64,000 nt of DNA from a virus (lineage: Duplodnaviria; Caudoviricetes): IMG/VR virus record IMGVR_UViG_3300021167_000258, positions 6,162 to 70,161 of that record; one strand, given 5' to 3'. The notes below the pieces were generated by a model. That model saw only the letters and a list, made by a program, of their open reading frames with translations. It was not told where the DNA came from and did not search any database. The first letter of the stretch is position 1, and every line of letters starts with the position of its first letter. Position numbers and translations under genes: made by a program. This document shows positions 16,363 through 26,302 of this stretch, one piece after another.

Positions 16363-17306
16363 AATTGGTAATATTCTCAGACCTACACCTACACAACTTT
16401 CGGGACTTCAATAAGGTCCCAGATGGGAGGTTAATAACTATTGGCAACTGCTTCAAAGAGATTGTGGATTATGCCAAAAGTATTGACTCTCCTATACTAT
16501 TTGGGGGAGACTTAACCCAAATTCCGGGTATGATTCCTACTAAGGTGAGTAGGATGTTGAAGCATTTGGACACTTATCTAACGAGTAAAACTACATCAAT
16601 ATTTTATATTAGTGGTAACCACGATCATGCTGTTAAAAATATTAGCCAAGGGCCAAGATTGGTAACTAGTTTGGATTCGTTAGGGTCATTATGGCATAAT
16701 GTAGACCATTCAAGATATACTGTAGGTGCCAACAGTGCTACAAAATTGGTAGATATTTATGGTATCTCCCACTACGATGATATGAATTTATTTCATGCTC
16801 GTTTGGAGGCAGTTGCTGAGGAGGCACCACAGGATAGCATCCTAATGATTCACCAAACCCCTTCCGGTATATCCAACTCAAACATTCCCGGAGATGTTGA
16901 TCCGCACTCACCTTTGTTCGACAAATTCTCATTAGTTCTGTGTGGGCATATTCATAAGCATGAGCAACTAACAGATAAGTTTTGGGTAGTAGGTTCGCCA
17001 CTTCACCACGACTTGGGTGATAAGGGGCAGAAGAAAGGTTTCCTAGTTTACGACACCCGCACCAGAACAATGGAGAGGATACTAACAAACTACCCAGAGT
17101 TCCGAACCAAACCTGCAGGGGAGCCTGATCCGGATGATTTTCACTACTACGTGGAGATACCAAGCATGCTTCAAGACGTTACCACCGACCAAGAGTTCTA
17201 CGCTACTACCAAAGCCCCCGGAGAGGTGGTGCTAAAGTACTGCCAGGACATGGGCGTGGACGAAAAGCGAACGCAGGTGGGGTATGACCTAGTAAAAAGG
17301 TTATGA
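16359..17306 (+). CDS. sbcD: SbcD/Mre11-like nuclease (metallophosphoesterase)
   Basis: FSDLH, GGD, GNHD, GHIH, VGSP. Confidence 0.9.
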   Translation: MKLVIFSDLHLHNFRDFNKVPDGRLITIGNCFKEIVDYAKSIDSPILFGGDLTQIPGMIPTKVSRMLKHLDTYLTSKTTSIFYISGNHDHAVKNISQGPRLVTSLDSLGSLWHNVDHSRYTVGANSATKLVDIYGISHYDDMNLFHARLEAVAEEAPQDSILMIHQTPSGISNSNIPGDVDPHSPLFDKFSLVLCGHIHKHEQLTDKFWVVGSPLHHDLGDKGQKKGFLVYDTRTRTMERILTNYPEFRTKPAGEPDPDDFHYYVEIPSMLQDVTTDQEFYATTKAPGEVVLKYCQDMGVDEKRTQVGYDLVKRL

Positions 17307-17947
17307 GAGTCCTGCTGTTTCTGCTCTTACCGCTGGTAGGTAACTGCCCTACTCATGAAATAAATCCTTCACACAATAGGATACTCTACCTCTCCCACGT
17401 TATCTTTTACCTAGAGTCTAAGCACGATAGCACAAGAGTAGGCGATGGGGGTAGGGCTGTTGGGATAGGGCAAATGCATACGGTAGCGGTAAGGGAAGCA
17501 AACAGGCTAAGCGGTAAGTCCTACACCTATAAAGATAGGAAGAGCGTAAAGAAAACGCTGGAGATGTTTGAAATAATTCAGCGCCACCACAACCCCACCC
17601 TAGATTTAATTATAGCGGCTAAGGTGTGGAACGGGGGACCTGATTTAAGTGCGAATACTAAACCTTACTTAAAAAGATTATATGCTTACATTCAACTACA
17701 TAGACATAGAGGGCTTCGGGGCTATAGTCCAACCCTTCCACTACCCCTTGAACGAGCCGGGTATAACCATTTACAGAGCCGGGAACGGGACTGGGAAAAC
17801 CACTATATTCTCATCCACAGTTTGGGCCCTTTTCGGAGTAAATTTAAAGGGAGTTGTACAGGCCAAAGTAGTCTCGTGGAAATCAAAACGGGGCCCAGGA
17901 TTCAGGGGCACCAGAGTTATGGTAGGAATAAACGTAAACGGAAGTGA
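17303..17947 (+). CDS. Lysozyme-like/lytic transglycosylase protein with N-terminal hydrophobic signal
   Basis: YLES...GDGGRAVGIGQM...WNGGP; last 88 codons overlap sbcC. Confidence 0.65.
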   Translation: MRVLLFLLLPLVGNCPTHEINPSHNRILYLSHVIFYLESKHDSTRVGDGGRAVGIGQMHTVAVREANRLSGKSYTYKDRKSVKKTLEMFEIIQRHHNPTLDLIIAAKVWNGGPDLSANTKPYLKRLYAYIQLHRHRGLRGYSPTLPLPLERAGYNHLQSRERDWENHYILIHSLGPFRSKFKGSCTGQSSLVEIKTGPRIQGHQSYGRNKRKRK

Positions 17948-20132
17948 CTACGTTATTGCTAGGCACATTCGGTTTAAAGGGGAAACCCTAGGTTACGAGG
18001 GCGGGGATTCCTTAATGGTGTTCCAAAATGGAACACTTTTGATTGATGATACCGGAAAAGATAAGGGCCAAGTCCTAATCAACGAGCTGTTGGGCATGGA
18101 CGAGAGGCTGTTTCTTAACACAGTATTGTTTGGGCAGCGCATGAAGAAATTAATATCCTCTTCCTCGGACGATAAGGCCAAGGTGTTTGAAACCATGTTC
18201 GATTTGGACTGGTTGCCAAAGGCAAAGGAGTTGGCTAAGAAGAAGCTGGACGAGAAGAAGGTAGAGGGGGCTGAGATTGACTCTAGGGTTAAGGTTGTTC
18301 AGGCCAAGCTAGAGTCAAAGAAAGAGCAGATTCGCTACATTGAGGCTGAGGTTACAGAGGCTACACGTAAGATAGAAACTGAGTTAGAGGATATAAATTC
18401 CTCTATATTAACTATCACAATGACCCTTGGGAATAGAGAGGCTGTGCAGGACACATTTCAGGACCTTAAGGAAGAACTGTCTATAGGTAGTCTAGAAGTA
18501 GGTATTTTTTACGATGAGTTGACAGCCTGTAAGGCTGATGCGGATAAGTTTAGGCAGGAGTATGATGCTGCCAATACTGAATACACATCCATAACCAGAG
18601 AGTGGGATCAGGCTAAATTCGATAAGGAGTCTATAGAGAAGGAGTTGAAATCTGCCCAATACCTACAAGAAACTAAGAACACCCGAATCAAAGAAGTTGA
18701 GGGTAGGATTGCTAAAGCTTCTGAGGTATTCGATACCAATAAAAATTCATTGGTATTTGCAGAGGAGGAGTTGGCTAAGGCTGAGGAGATTTTGCTGAGT
18801 TTACCAGATCAGGGGAGGACTGAGCAGGAAATAAACACAGTTATTCTAGGGCATAAATTGGCTAAGAATACCTTGATTCAAGACTCTCTAACCATATCAA
18901 AAAGTATTACAGAGTTAGAGAATCAAATAAAAGATTTCAACACATCTGTATGCCCTCACTGTGGGGCCGCACCTGAGCATAAGAACACAGAGTCTGTGGA
19001 GGAGATGCAGGAGAAAGTTACTAACTACTTACTAAAGGTTGCGGATAATGCTAAATCAGAGGAAACCCTATACAACTCTATTGAAGTTGAAACAGGTAAT
19101 CTTGAGTATGTAAAGAAAAGATACTTGGCCGTAGAGGAGGTTAGTAAACTGTCGAAGGAGGTAGGCTTACTCACCAAAGCATGCAAGGATTCCGAAGCGA
19201 TTCTGTATGATCTACAAGTATCTAAGCAAAAGATTGAGACTGAGGAAGTAGATACCACTGACGAAATCAAAGGTAGGCTTAAGGTTGCAGAGGATAGATT
19301 AAGCAAACTAACTAATCTTAAGGAGTATAATTTCTCTCATACTACTGACATATCAGAAAAGTTGCATATCTCAAACCAACTGGTATCCAATAAAACTACT
19401 CTATACAACGTCGCCAAAGCAAAGGAGGCTGACCTACGTGCTAAGGTGGATGAGATGTCGCTACTGGTGGCTGTGGATGAGAAGGTGTTGATTCGAGATG
19501 CTGAAAAACTACAGGCTAGAAAAATGGAGTTAAACTCAGAACTAGCCCTACTCCCCATAAAAACCAAGAAACTCAACGAAGAGTTGGGTGAACTCATGGC
19601 TGAGAACAACTTAGTCCTGGAAGAGTTTAGGGTAGCCGATGAGGACATGGAGCACTTAAAGTGGTGGAACGGGACCGCATTCTCCGCATCGGGTATTAAG
19701 GCACAGATTTTTGATGCTATGCTCACCAACCTCAACGTTCACGTAGATAAGTATGCGGGAATGGTGGGAATGGGAATTAAGTTTGGGGTTGACTTGTCCA
19801 AGGCTAGGAAGGATTTCTTTGTAGAGGTTCTTTACAAAGGAGAGAATGTTAGTTACGATGAGCTCTCTGGTGGTGAACAACAAAGGGTAGATATTGCCAC
19901 GGTGTTTGCTTGCCATGAAATGCTTGCAGCCAAGACAAATATCAACGTCCTAATCATGGATGAGATCTTTGAGGGGCTGGATGCGGAGGGCAGGGAGTTG
20001 GTATTTACCATGCTTCGGCAGCTGATTAAACCCACCATGAGTTACCACGTTATCACCCACATGGACATCAACTCCATGTATTGTAAAGTAAAGGAGTTAA
20101 CCAACACTAACGGATACTTGGAGGTAAGATAA
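17682..20132 (+). CDS. sbcC: SbcC/Rad50-like SMC ATPase
   Basis: GNGTGKT, CPHCG zinc hook, LSGGEQQR, LIMDE, coiled coils. Confidence 0.92.
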   Translation: MLTFNYIDIEGFGAIVQPFHYPLNEPGITIYRAGNGTGKTTIFSSTVWALFGVNLKGVVQAKVVSWKSKRGPGFRGTRVMVGINVNGSDYVIARHIRFKGETLGYEGGDSLMVFQNGTLLIDDTGKDKGQVLINELLGMDERLFLNTVLFGQRMKKLISSSSDDKAKVFETMFDLDWLPKAKELAKKKLDEKKVEGAEIDSRVKVVQAKLESKKEQIRYIEAEVTEATRKIETELEDINSSILTITMTLGNREAVQDTFQDLKEELSIGSLEVGIFYDELTACKADADKFRQEYDAANTEYTSITREWDQAKFDKESIEKELKSAQYLQETKNTRIKEVEGRIAKASEVFDTNKNSLVFAEEELAKAEEILLSLPDQGRTEQEINTVILGHKLAKNTLIQDSLTISKSITELENQIKDFNTSVCPHCGAAPEHKNTESVEEMQEKVTNYLLKVADNAKSEETLYNSIEVETGNLEYVKKRYLAVEEVSKLSKEVGLLTKACKDSEAILYDLQVSKQKIETEEVDTTDEIKGRLKVAEDRLSKLTNLKEYNFSHTTDISEKLHISNQLVSNKTTLYNVAKAKEADLRAKVDEMSLLVAVDEKVLIRDAEKLQARKMELNSELALLPIKTKKLNEELGELMAENNLVLEEFRVADEDMEHLKWWNGTAFSASGIKAQIFDAMLTNLNVHVDKYAGMVGMGIKFGVDLSKARKDFFVEVLYKGENVSYDELSGGEQQRVDIATVFACHEMLAAKTNINVLIMDEIFEGLDAEGRELVFTMLRQLIKPTMSYHVITHMDINSMYCKVKELTNTNGYLEVR

Positions 20133-20527
20133 TGGATAAGCCTACACATGCTAAACCTAGCCTATACGCTTTTTATTTTGAAGTAATAAAAGATATAGGT
20201 AAAACCTATGGATATAATATAGTGCTTCACGGGTCTATGAATAGAGACTTGGATTTAATTGCTATCCCTTGGGAAGAAGTTCTTGGGGATAGGGAAGAAA
20301 TGGTGGACGCTATATGCGATGTTATAGGGGGATTTGTTTTACCTCAAAACAGAAATATATCTAATATTGATGGGGATAGATATGGAACTAGGCCTCATGG
20401 GAGAATAACATATATCCTTAATATTAATAGGAGTTTTGATATGCAATTTAATGGAATGGACACTTCTATTAAAGAGTATGCTGACCCCCAATACTATATA
20501 GATTTGTCAGTAATGTTGCCTAAATAA
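20132..20527 (+). CDS. Small nucleotidyltransferase-fold protein
   Basis: VLHGSMNRDLDLIAIPW (GS plus DxD); AT-rich insert. Confidence 0.55.
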   Translation: MDKPTHAKPSLYAFYFEVIKDIGKTYGYNIVLHGSMNRDLDLIAIPWEEVLGDREEMVDAICDVIGGFVLPQNRNISNIDGDRYGTRPHGRITYILNINRSFDMQFNGMDTSIKEYADPQYYIDLSVMLPK

Positions 20528-20533
20528 ATTATA

Positions 20534-21061
20534 ATGAGCCTTAAAACGCAAATGTTTGGCGGGAGTGAGGATGCATTCCAATCCCGCCTAAAAGGAAATA
20601 GAAACGAGGTAATCCTAGCCAAGTTGCTAACGGATTGGACTGGGGTAAAGTTCCAGCGCACTCCCAGAAGTGGGGGTATTCACGCCCTAGCGGAGTTCTG
20701 TTGCGGGGATGTGATGTGCGTGAGCCGGGAGTTTATTTTCCCTTTCTCGGTGGAGACTAAACACTACAAGGTCATAGGCTCCCCCAACGGGGGTATGTTC
20801 TTTAGGAAAAATTCTAAGATGCTTAAGTTCTGGAAACAGGCGCAAGCAGATGCGGATAGATCTAAAAAGAAGCCTATGCTCTTGGCTAGGCAGAACGGTA
20901 TGCCCAAGGGGGAATACTACGTATGCTTACCCATCACCCTAGAGGATAAGATTGGCATCCCTGTGGTGGCTTACCTCAGGGATAGGGATGGATTTACGAT
21001 AGCGTTCTGCGTAATGGCTACTAGGTTGTTTGCTAACCCTTACTCAAGCTATGGAATATAA
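20534..21061 (+). CDS. Holliday junction resolvase (PD-(D/E)XK)
   Basis: KGNRNEVILAK, RTPRSGG, GDV, SVETK. Confidence 0.8.
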   Translation: MSLKTQMFGGSEDAFQSRLKGNRNEVILAKLLTDWTGVKFQRTPRSGGIHALAEFCCGDVMCVSREFIFPFSVETKHYKVIGSPNGGMFFRKNSKMLKFWKQAQADADRSKKKPMLLARQNGMPKGEYYVCLPITLEDKIGIPVVAYLRDRDGFTIAFCVMATRLFANPYSSYGI

Positions 21062-21251
21062 ACAGGAGATTGTGTGCAAAATACCGGTAACTACGGTAGC
21101 GGAGTTTGCCACGCAGCACAAGTGCACTCCCTTGGCCATCTACTCTGCCATAAAGCAGGATAGGGTGGATTGGATGCAGGTGGGTGCCCACGCTAAGTTA
21201 ATTTTACTAACCGATAAAACGAAGGAGTATGCTCCAAACAGGAAACGGTAG
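21051..21251 (+). CDS. Small putative DNA-binding protein
   Basis: TTVAEFATQHKCTPLAIYSAIKQDRV resembles a helix-turn-helix; start moved to ATG21051. Confidence 0.5.
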   Translation: MEYKQEIVCKIPVTTVAEFATQHKCTPLAIYSAIKQDRVDWMQVGAHAKLILLTDKTKEYAPNRKR

Positions 21252-21720
21252 GGTCTGGACCATTAACACAGACGGAAGCGCCCCTAAAAACGGGAAAGAG
21301 GATAGCCCTACCGGGGTAGGTGCAGTTATTAAGTGTGACGGTATAGAGGTGGCTAGATTGGCTGCATTTACCGGGCAAGGTTCGGTAAATACTGCTGAGT
21401 TCACAGCCATTCTATTCGGGTTGAGAATGCTCACTGCCGTTTACGGGTATAAGGAGTTGGACCTAGACACCGTAGAGATAGTCGGAGATTCAGAAGTAGC
21501 CATCAAAACCTTGAGAGGGGAGTATGAAAACCGCTACTTCAAGGATGTGGTGGCTGCGATTTGGCTGGAGCTGTCCTACCTTTTGAACCTTCAAAAGTCT
21601 AAGGTTACCCAGTTCCAAACCAGCACCGATTTTGCTTGGGCGGGTAGGGTTGTATTCAAGTATGTTCCACGCTTAGAAAACAAAGAAGCAGATGAGCTAT
21701 CGGGACTCTACACGCGTTAA
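21229..21720 (+). CDS. rnhA: Ribonuclease H
   Basis: NTDGS, NTAEFTA, GDSE, NKEADELS. Confidence 0.88.
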   Translation: MLQTGNGRVWTINTDGSAPKNGKEDSPTGVGAVIKCDGIEVARLAAFTGQGSVNTAEFTAILFGLRMLTAVYGYKELDLDTVEIVGDSEVAIKTLRGEYENRYFKDVVAAIWLELSYLLNLQKSKVTQFQTSTDFAWAGRVVFKYVPRLENKEADELSGLYTR

Positions 21721-23056
21721 CCTAGATTCGCTCACCCCTGACCAACGGGAACTCTACTATAAGATAGAAGAGTTTAAGAACTCAGATCAGAAGATGATGA
21801 GCGTAACCGGGTATGCCGGAACAGGTAAAACCTACATGCTTAACTGTGTGAGCGATAGGAATACTGGAATTTGTGCCCCCACCCACAAGGCTGTAGCGGT
21901 GCTGAAAAACAAGGTAAACGTTTACTCGTTTGCTGCTACTCTCCACTCTGCCTTAGGGCTAAGGGAGCAGAGGGATGGGGAGATTATTAAGTTTGTTCCG
22001 GATAGGAATGCTACGTTTGCTTTAGAGAGGCTGGAGGATATTGATTTACTTATAGTGGATGAGTCCTCTATGGTAGATGATACCCTTTTTGGTTACTTGG
22101 ATGAATACTCGGATGATGCTGATTTCAAAGTGTTGTTCATGGGAGATCCATTCCAGATTCCTCCAGTAAACTTAGGCAGTATTTCCATTCCCTGCGACAC
22201 AGAACAATGCCATTCTAAGGATATGCCTACCTCTTCCTTAACTAAAATAGTTCGCCAAGCAGAGGGTAACCCCATTATTCACCTGTCGATGATGGTTAGG
22301 CAAGAAGGGTTGGATTACGTTAGGGCTAACTTACAGAGGCTGGCCGTGGAGAATGAGATGGGCGGGGTGGAGAAAATTAGTAAATCTGATTTAGGAGATT
22401 TACTGGATAGTCTTTACCTTTCCCCGGAAGCAGAGGATATTGACTACGTAAGAACCGTAGCATACACAAATAAGGTAGTGGACAACCTCAATAAATTAAT
22501 CCGTGACTCGGTTATGGATAGCAGGGGCAAGGTTCCTACCGATGATGTAATGCTTGGTGATTACTTGGTAATGTCTAAACCTTACCTTGAAGGGAAAAAG
22601 ATCCTCCTCAACAACAACGATGAGGTGGAGATAGTTCAACTGGAAGAGGTTAGGAACGATGTGGATATTATCAACGACGATTACCCTATTACCTACTTTA
22701 AGGCTACAGTAAAGAACCTAGCCAACGAGGGAACGGTAGTGGTTAAGATACTATCCAAGAAATCCGAGCCTATCTATAAAGAGGTGATGGGGTTGTTGCT
22801 GGCAGCGGCCAAGTCAAAGAAGAAAGGAAGCCTAGAAGCCACCACAGCGTGGAAGGAGTTCTACCAGTTCCAGGAAATCTTCATCGACTACAAGCACGTA
22901 TTCGCAATCACCGCGCACAAGAGCCAAGGCAGCACCTACAATACTACAATAATTATGTTAAATGACATAATGAAGTGTGGGAATGTGTGGGAGAGGGATA
23001 GAATTTTCTACACCGCTGTCACCCGAGCATCGAAGAAAGTTTACATTGTAACATAA
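21692..23056 (+). CDS. SF1B helicase (RecD/Dda-like)
   Basis: TGYAGTGKT, VDESSM, GDPFQIPPV, RQAEGNPI, TAHKSQGST, YTAVTRA. Confidence 0.92.
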   Translation: MSYRDSTRVNLDSLTPDQRELYYKIEEFKNSDQKMMSVTGYAGTGKTYMLNCVSDRNTGICAPTHKAVAVLKNKVNVYSFAATLHSALGLREQRDGEIIKFVPDRNATFALERLEDIDLLIVDESSMVDDTLFGYLDEYSDDADFKVLFMGDPFQIPPVNLGSISIPCDTEQCHSKDMPTSSLTKIVRQAEGNPIIHLSMMVRQEGLDYVRANLQRLAVENEMGGVEKISKSDLGDLLDSLYLSPEAEDIDYVRTVAYTNKVVDNLNKLIRDSVMDSRGKVPTDDVMLGDYLVMSKPYLEGKKILLNNNDEVEIVQLEEVRNDVDIINDDYPITYFKATVKNLANEGTVVVKILSKKSEPIYKEVMGLLLAAAKSKKKGSLEATTAWKEFYQFQEIFIDYKHVFAITAHKSQGSTYNTTIIMLNDIMKCGNVWERDRIFYTAVTRASKKVYIVT

Positions 23057-23057
23057 G

Positions 23058-23080
23058 AAAAGGCCCGAGAGGGCCTTTTT
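23058..23080. terminator. Bidirectional intrinsic terminator at the strand switch
   Basis: AAAA-GGCCC-GAGA-GGGCC-TTTTT between convergent genes. Confidence 0.9.
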
Positions 23081-23459
23081 ACTTTTCATACCCGGCCTCT
23101 CTGAGCCGGTATATCATTTTAGAGTAGGCATCGTAGTCTACCTCCTTTACCTTCTCCAGCAACCTAGGAAGGTATGATTTATGGATTAGGATAGGTAAGG
23201 GTAGGCTGTGGTAACCATTTGGACCGGTGTGGCAGCTAGGGTGAGCACAAACAATCCCTTTAGGGTTGACCATATTCTCCCCATCCCTACCGGCTACGTG
23301 GTGGTGATCTATTCCGGTTCTTTGTTTATCAATTTCGGTTAAGCAAAAGAAGCAGGTAAGCTCTCCATAGTGTTGGATGCTTTCCTGCTCTACTTGTTTA
23401 CACGCTTTAGCGTAAGCTACGTCCTGTAACTTACGCTTTTGGCTTTTCTTGGGTATCAT
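23079..23459 (-). CDS. HNH/NinG-like nuclease
   Basis: CFFC...HHHVAGR...CAHPSCH. Confidence 0.65.
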   Translation of the reverse strand: MIPKKSQKRKLQDVAYAKACKQVEQESIQHYGELTCFFCLTEIDKQRTGIDHHHVAGRDGENMVNPKGIVCAHPSCHTGPNGYHSLPLPILIHKSYLPRLLEKVKEVDYDAYSKMIYRLREAGYEK

Positions 23460-23650
23460 CTTCTAGGGGTGGTTGCCGTAAGTCTTTTTATTTTACCACA
23501 TTTCTGGCATTTGTAATCAGTCACAATCCTACGTGTAATAGAATTGCTGGTTTTAGGTATTTTTCCGGAGAGTATTACAATATCATACTCAGATTCCATT
23601 TCAAAGTTATTGACTAGCAAGTAGTCATGTTTACAGAATAAGTTTACCAT
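23456..23650 (-). CDS. Small Cys/His protein
   Basis: LFCKHDY...YKCQKCGK. Confidence 0.7.
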   Translation of the reverse strand: MVNLFCKHDYLLVNNFEMESEYDIVILSGKIPKTSNSITRRIVTDYKCQKCGKIKRLTATTPRR

Positions 23651-23684
23651 ACCTCAAAAGTATTAAATGTCCTAAAATATGACA

Positions 23685-24164
23685 CTATTTATTGTGAATA
23701 CTCAGTTTCATGTGGCACATACGGAGCATAGCTAACCTGCCTAACTCTCCATACTCCTTGTCGGTGATGGGCCTACAGTCCTTAATTTGGGTGGCGTTTC
23801 TGTATACCTCCACCTCAACCCTATATCCTGATATTGTTTTGGCGGGGATTAATTTAGCCATGAATATACCCGCCCCGGCAGGGATGAAGGTATCGGCCCC
23901 GCTTTTAATCATCTCCTCCGGCATAGCAAACCAGAGATACTTCAACCGGTTTTGCTTGTCCTTGTGTTGGTGGGGTTTTAGCAAGTCCTTCTTTAGATCG
24001 GACATGCTCACCTTTATTTCAACTTCGTAGCAAAACCTGTTCTTATTTACTATAAGAAGGTCGCACTCGTGAATACTCCACCCCCAGCTTACGTTGGGAA
24101 TGATGAAGTTCTTTTGCGGATCGTAGTAGCGAATCAGCGCCACCTCTATGTCTGTGCTTGTCAT
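23685..24164 (-). CDS. PD-(D/E)XK endonuclease (MmcB-like)
   Basis: ECDLL...EVEIKVSMSDLKKD. Confidence 0.7.
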   Translation of the reverse strand: MTSTDIEVALIRYYDPQKNFIIPNVSWGWSIHECDLLIVNKNRFCYEVEIKVSMSDLKKDLLKPHQHKDKQNRLKYLWFAMPEEMIKSGADTFIPAGAGIFMAKLIPAKTISGYRVEVEVYRNATQIKDCRPITDKEYGELGRLAMLRMCHMKLSIHNK

Positions 24165-24970
24165 TTGTCTTGGTTTAGTTTCTTAATTTTATCCCAGTAG
24201 CTACCGGTTCTTGCTTCTTCCTCCGGTTTCTTATACGCCCTGAATCTTTCCTTGGCGTTGTCCCCGTATAGGTTTGAGGTGTCAATGGGTTCCCCACTCC
24301 ACTCCAACCCCGCTACCTGCGCTTTTATATACGTCCGGTAGTCAGCGCCTAGGGAGTCGGCATCAGTCCTTCCCTTAAACAGCTCCATCTTTTTATGGAG
24401 GCTATTCACGGGCGCGTAGGTTCCGTATTCTAGTTTAATAACTTCCTGGTAGATGAGCGTGAACGTCTCGGTGGCCTCAAAGTTATCATCATCGGCAAGC
24501 GTTTTCTCCTTGTTCTTAATCTCTACAATGGTGTCGCGCATGCCCAAGAACTTCTGCAGGGCATACTTGTCCCGCATCAACTCAATACCAATCCGAATAA
24601 AATCGGTGTAGGCGTGGCGCTTGCTATCGTATTCCAGCGCGTCGCAGAACTTGTTTGCATCCTCTACCACCTGACCTAACCTTCTCCACAGCGCATCCTG
24701 CTTCTGTAAGGGTATGAACCTATGCTTAAGGTTCTGCCTATACATGGTTAGGATGGCGTTGAACAGTTCGGTATCGGCAACGTCCACCACCATGTTCACC
24801 TTCTTCAAGGCTTTTTTGGTAGTGGTGGTTACGCTTAACGTTCTGTTTGTGCACGCCACGGCCCTGCCCTCCCTGAGCAGGATCATAGCCACCCTTTCCG
24901 GATCTTCCACAACCCCCGCCAACAACCTCACTACCGTAGAAAACCGGAGATTAATCGAGGGATCGCGCAT
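24161..24970 (-). CDS. Hypothetical replication-associated protein
   Basis: 269 aa, conserved-looking position downstream of primase. Confidence 0.7.
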   Translation of the reverse strand: MRDPSINLRFSTVVRLLAGVVEDPERVAMILLREGRAVACTNRTLSVTTTTKKALKKVNMVVDVADTELFNAILTMYRQNLKHRFIPLQKQDALWRRLGQVVEDANKFCDALEYDSKRHAYTDFIRIGIELMRDKYALQKFLGMRDTIVEIKNKEKTLADDDNFEATETFTLIYQEVIKLEYGTYAPVNSLHKKMELFKGRTDADSLGADYRTYIKAQVAGLEWSGEPIDTSNLYGDNAKERFRAYKKPEEEARTGSYWDKIKKLNQDK

Positions 24971-25142
24971 CTTTCAACGATCTAAACGTTTTTGGTTTAG
25001 GGCAAGGGTTGGTAGGAACAGGCCCAACGGCCACGGTCCTAATGGTTGAGTAGGAGATACGGTAACCAAGCCTACACTCGAAGTTACCCTTGTTTGTGAT
25101 TAGGGCTTTACAGCCGGTGCATTTACTTTGCTGCTTAATCAT
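24951..25142 (-). CDS. Small Cys-rich protein
   Basis: CTGC...ECRLG...NPCPKP. Confidence 0.6.
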   Translation of the reverse strand: MIKQQSKCTGCKALITNKGNFECRLGYRISYSTIRTVAVGPVPTNPCPKPKTFRSLKDARSLD

Positions 25143-26083
25143 ATAAAATCCTCCACGTTATTAACAGGTGTTTTGTCAATGATTTCCATAATAGGGTCTA
25201 TCCCTACTGTGGTATAAATTTTATTCACATCCTTACCCCACTTCACTAGGGGAGAAAGGTCTACAAATTTAACGGGTGTGACTCCGTATAGCCTAAGGGC
25301 AATGTCCTTTCCCTTATCCAACAAATCGGGGTCTGGGATTATTACTTTTATGGCCTTGCTATCCACTGCCGTCTCTAGCTGAGAGTCCGACATAGACCAT
25401 CCCTGCATTGCCGTCCCCCTAGGTCCTAAAGTCCGGGCATCAATAGCCCCCTCTAAAATATAGACCTCTGGTTGGGTTATGAATGCATCTTGGTTGTAGT
25501 AGTAGTCTCCCCTACCCACCCCAAACTCTTCTGTGGTGGGGATTCTATACCTATCCGGAGCGTCAATGAAGGTTCTACCAATGTAAGATTTCAATTTCCA
25601 TCTAAACGTTATGGGTATGAATATCCGACAAAACATAGGCCCGTCAATAAGACAATACCCCCACCCTTCTTGGGCTAAGACATCAGGGTTTAATCCCCTA
25701 GACTCAATATACTGCCTAGCCCTGTCCCCCAACGCTTCGTAGGATACATCCAACGGAAACAACCCTTCTGGTAGGGGAACTTCCTTAGTCCGTTTTATGA
25801 ATTTGGACTTGAGTTGGCTGGTATCTACGGCCTGATCTCTGGCACCCTCAAGAATCTCAATAGCCTTTTTGTAGTCAACCCCCTCCCGACTCTGAACCAT
25901 ACCGGAAACAGATGCAGAAAAGCATCCCCTCCAGCACCGGCTAAACCCGTAGGAGAAGTTCACTGCTGCCTTATCCCTTACCCCACAAATAGGGCACGTA
26001 AAGGTATACCAACCATTAGTGCTCTGCTTTAGGTCTGGGAAGGATGCAGCGAAATAGGATAGGGCTTGTCCAGGGCTATACAT
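25139..26083 (-). CDS. dnaG: DNA primase (Zn finger plus TOPRIM)
   Basis: CPIC...CWRGC; LEGAIDA; IPDPD; KDVN. Confidence 0.88.
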   Translation of the reverse strand: MYSPGQALSYFAASFPDLKQSTNGWYTFTCPICGVRDKAAVNFSYGFSRCWRGCFSASVSGMVQSREGVDYKKAIEILEGARDQAVDTSQLKSKFIKRTKEVPLPEGLFPLDVSYEALGDRARQYIESRGLNPDVLAQEGWGYCLIDGPMFCRIFIPITFRWKLKSYIGRTFIDAPDRYRIPTTEEFGVGRGDYYYNQDAFITQPEVYILEGAIDARTLGPRGTAMQGWSMSDSQLETAVDSKAIKVIIPDPDLLDKGKDIALRLYGVTPVKFVDLSPLVKWGKDVNKIYTTVGIDPIMEIIDKTPVNNVEDFI

Positions 26084-26302
26084 CTAGTAATTACCGTTTT
26101 TTAAAAACCAGTCCTTAAGAGAATCATAATTACCACAAGATTGCCACCCATCAGGTATCCCCATTTTCCTAACTTGTGTTTCAGCATATTCCCTAGAATA
26201 TTTAGATATATCCTCCTCCCATTCTGTATCAAGCTGATACACATGGGCATATGTAATCAATTTAGCAAACTTTTTTCTATTAATAATAGGTTTACATGCC
26301 AT
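26084..26302 (-). CDS. Hypothetical AT-rich insert (72 aa; start moved to ATG26302)
   Basis: TAATG coupling with dnaB; MACKPIINRKK... Confidence 0.6.
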   Translation of the reverse strand: MACKPIINRKKFAKLITYAHVYQLDTEWEEDISKYSREYAETQVRKMGIPDGWQSCGNYDSLKDWFLKNGNY

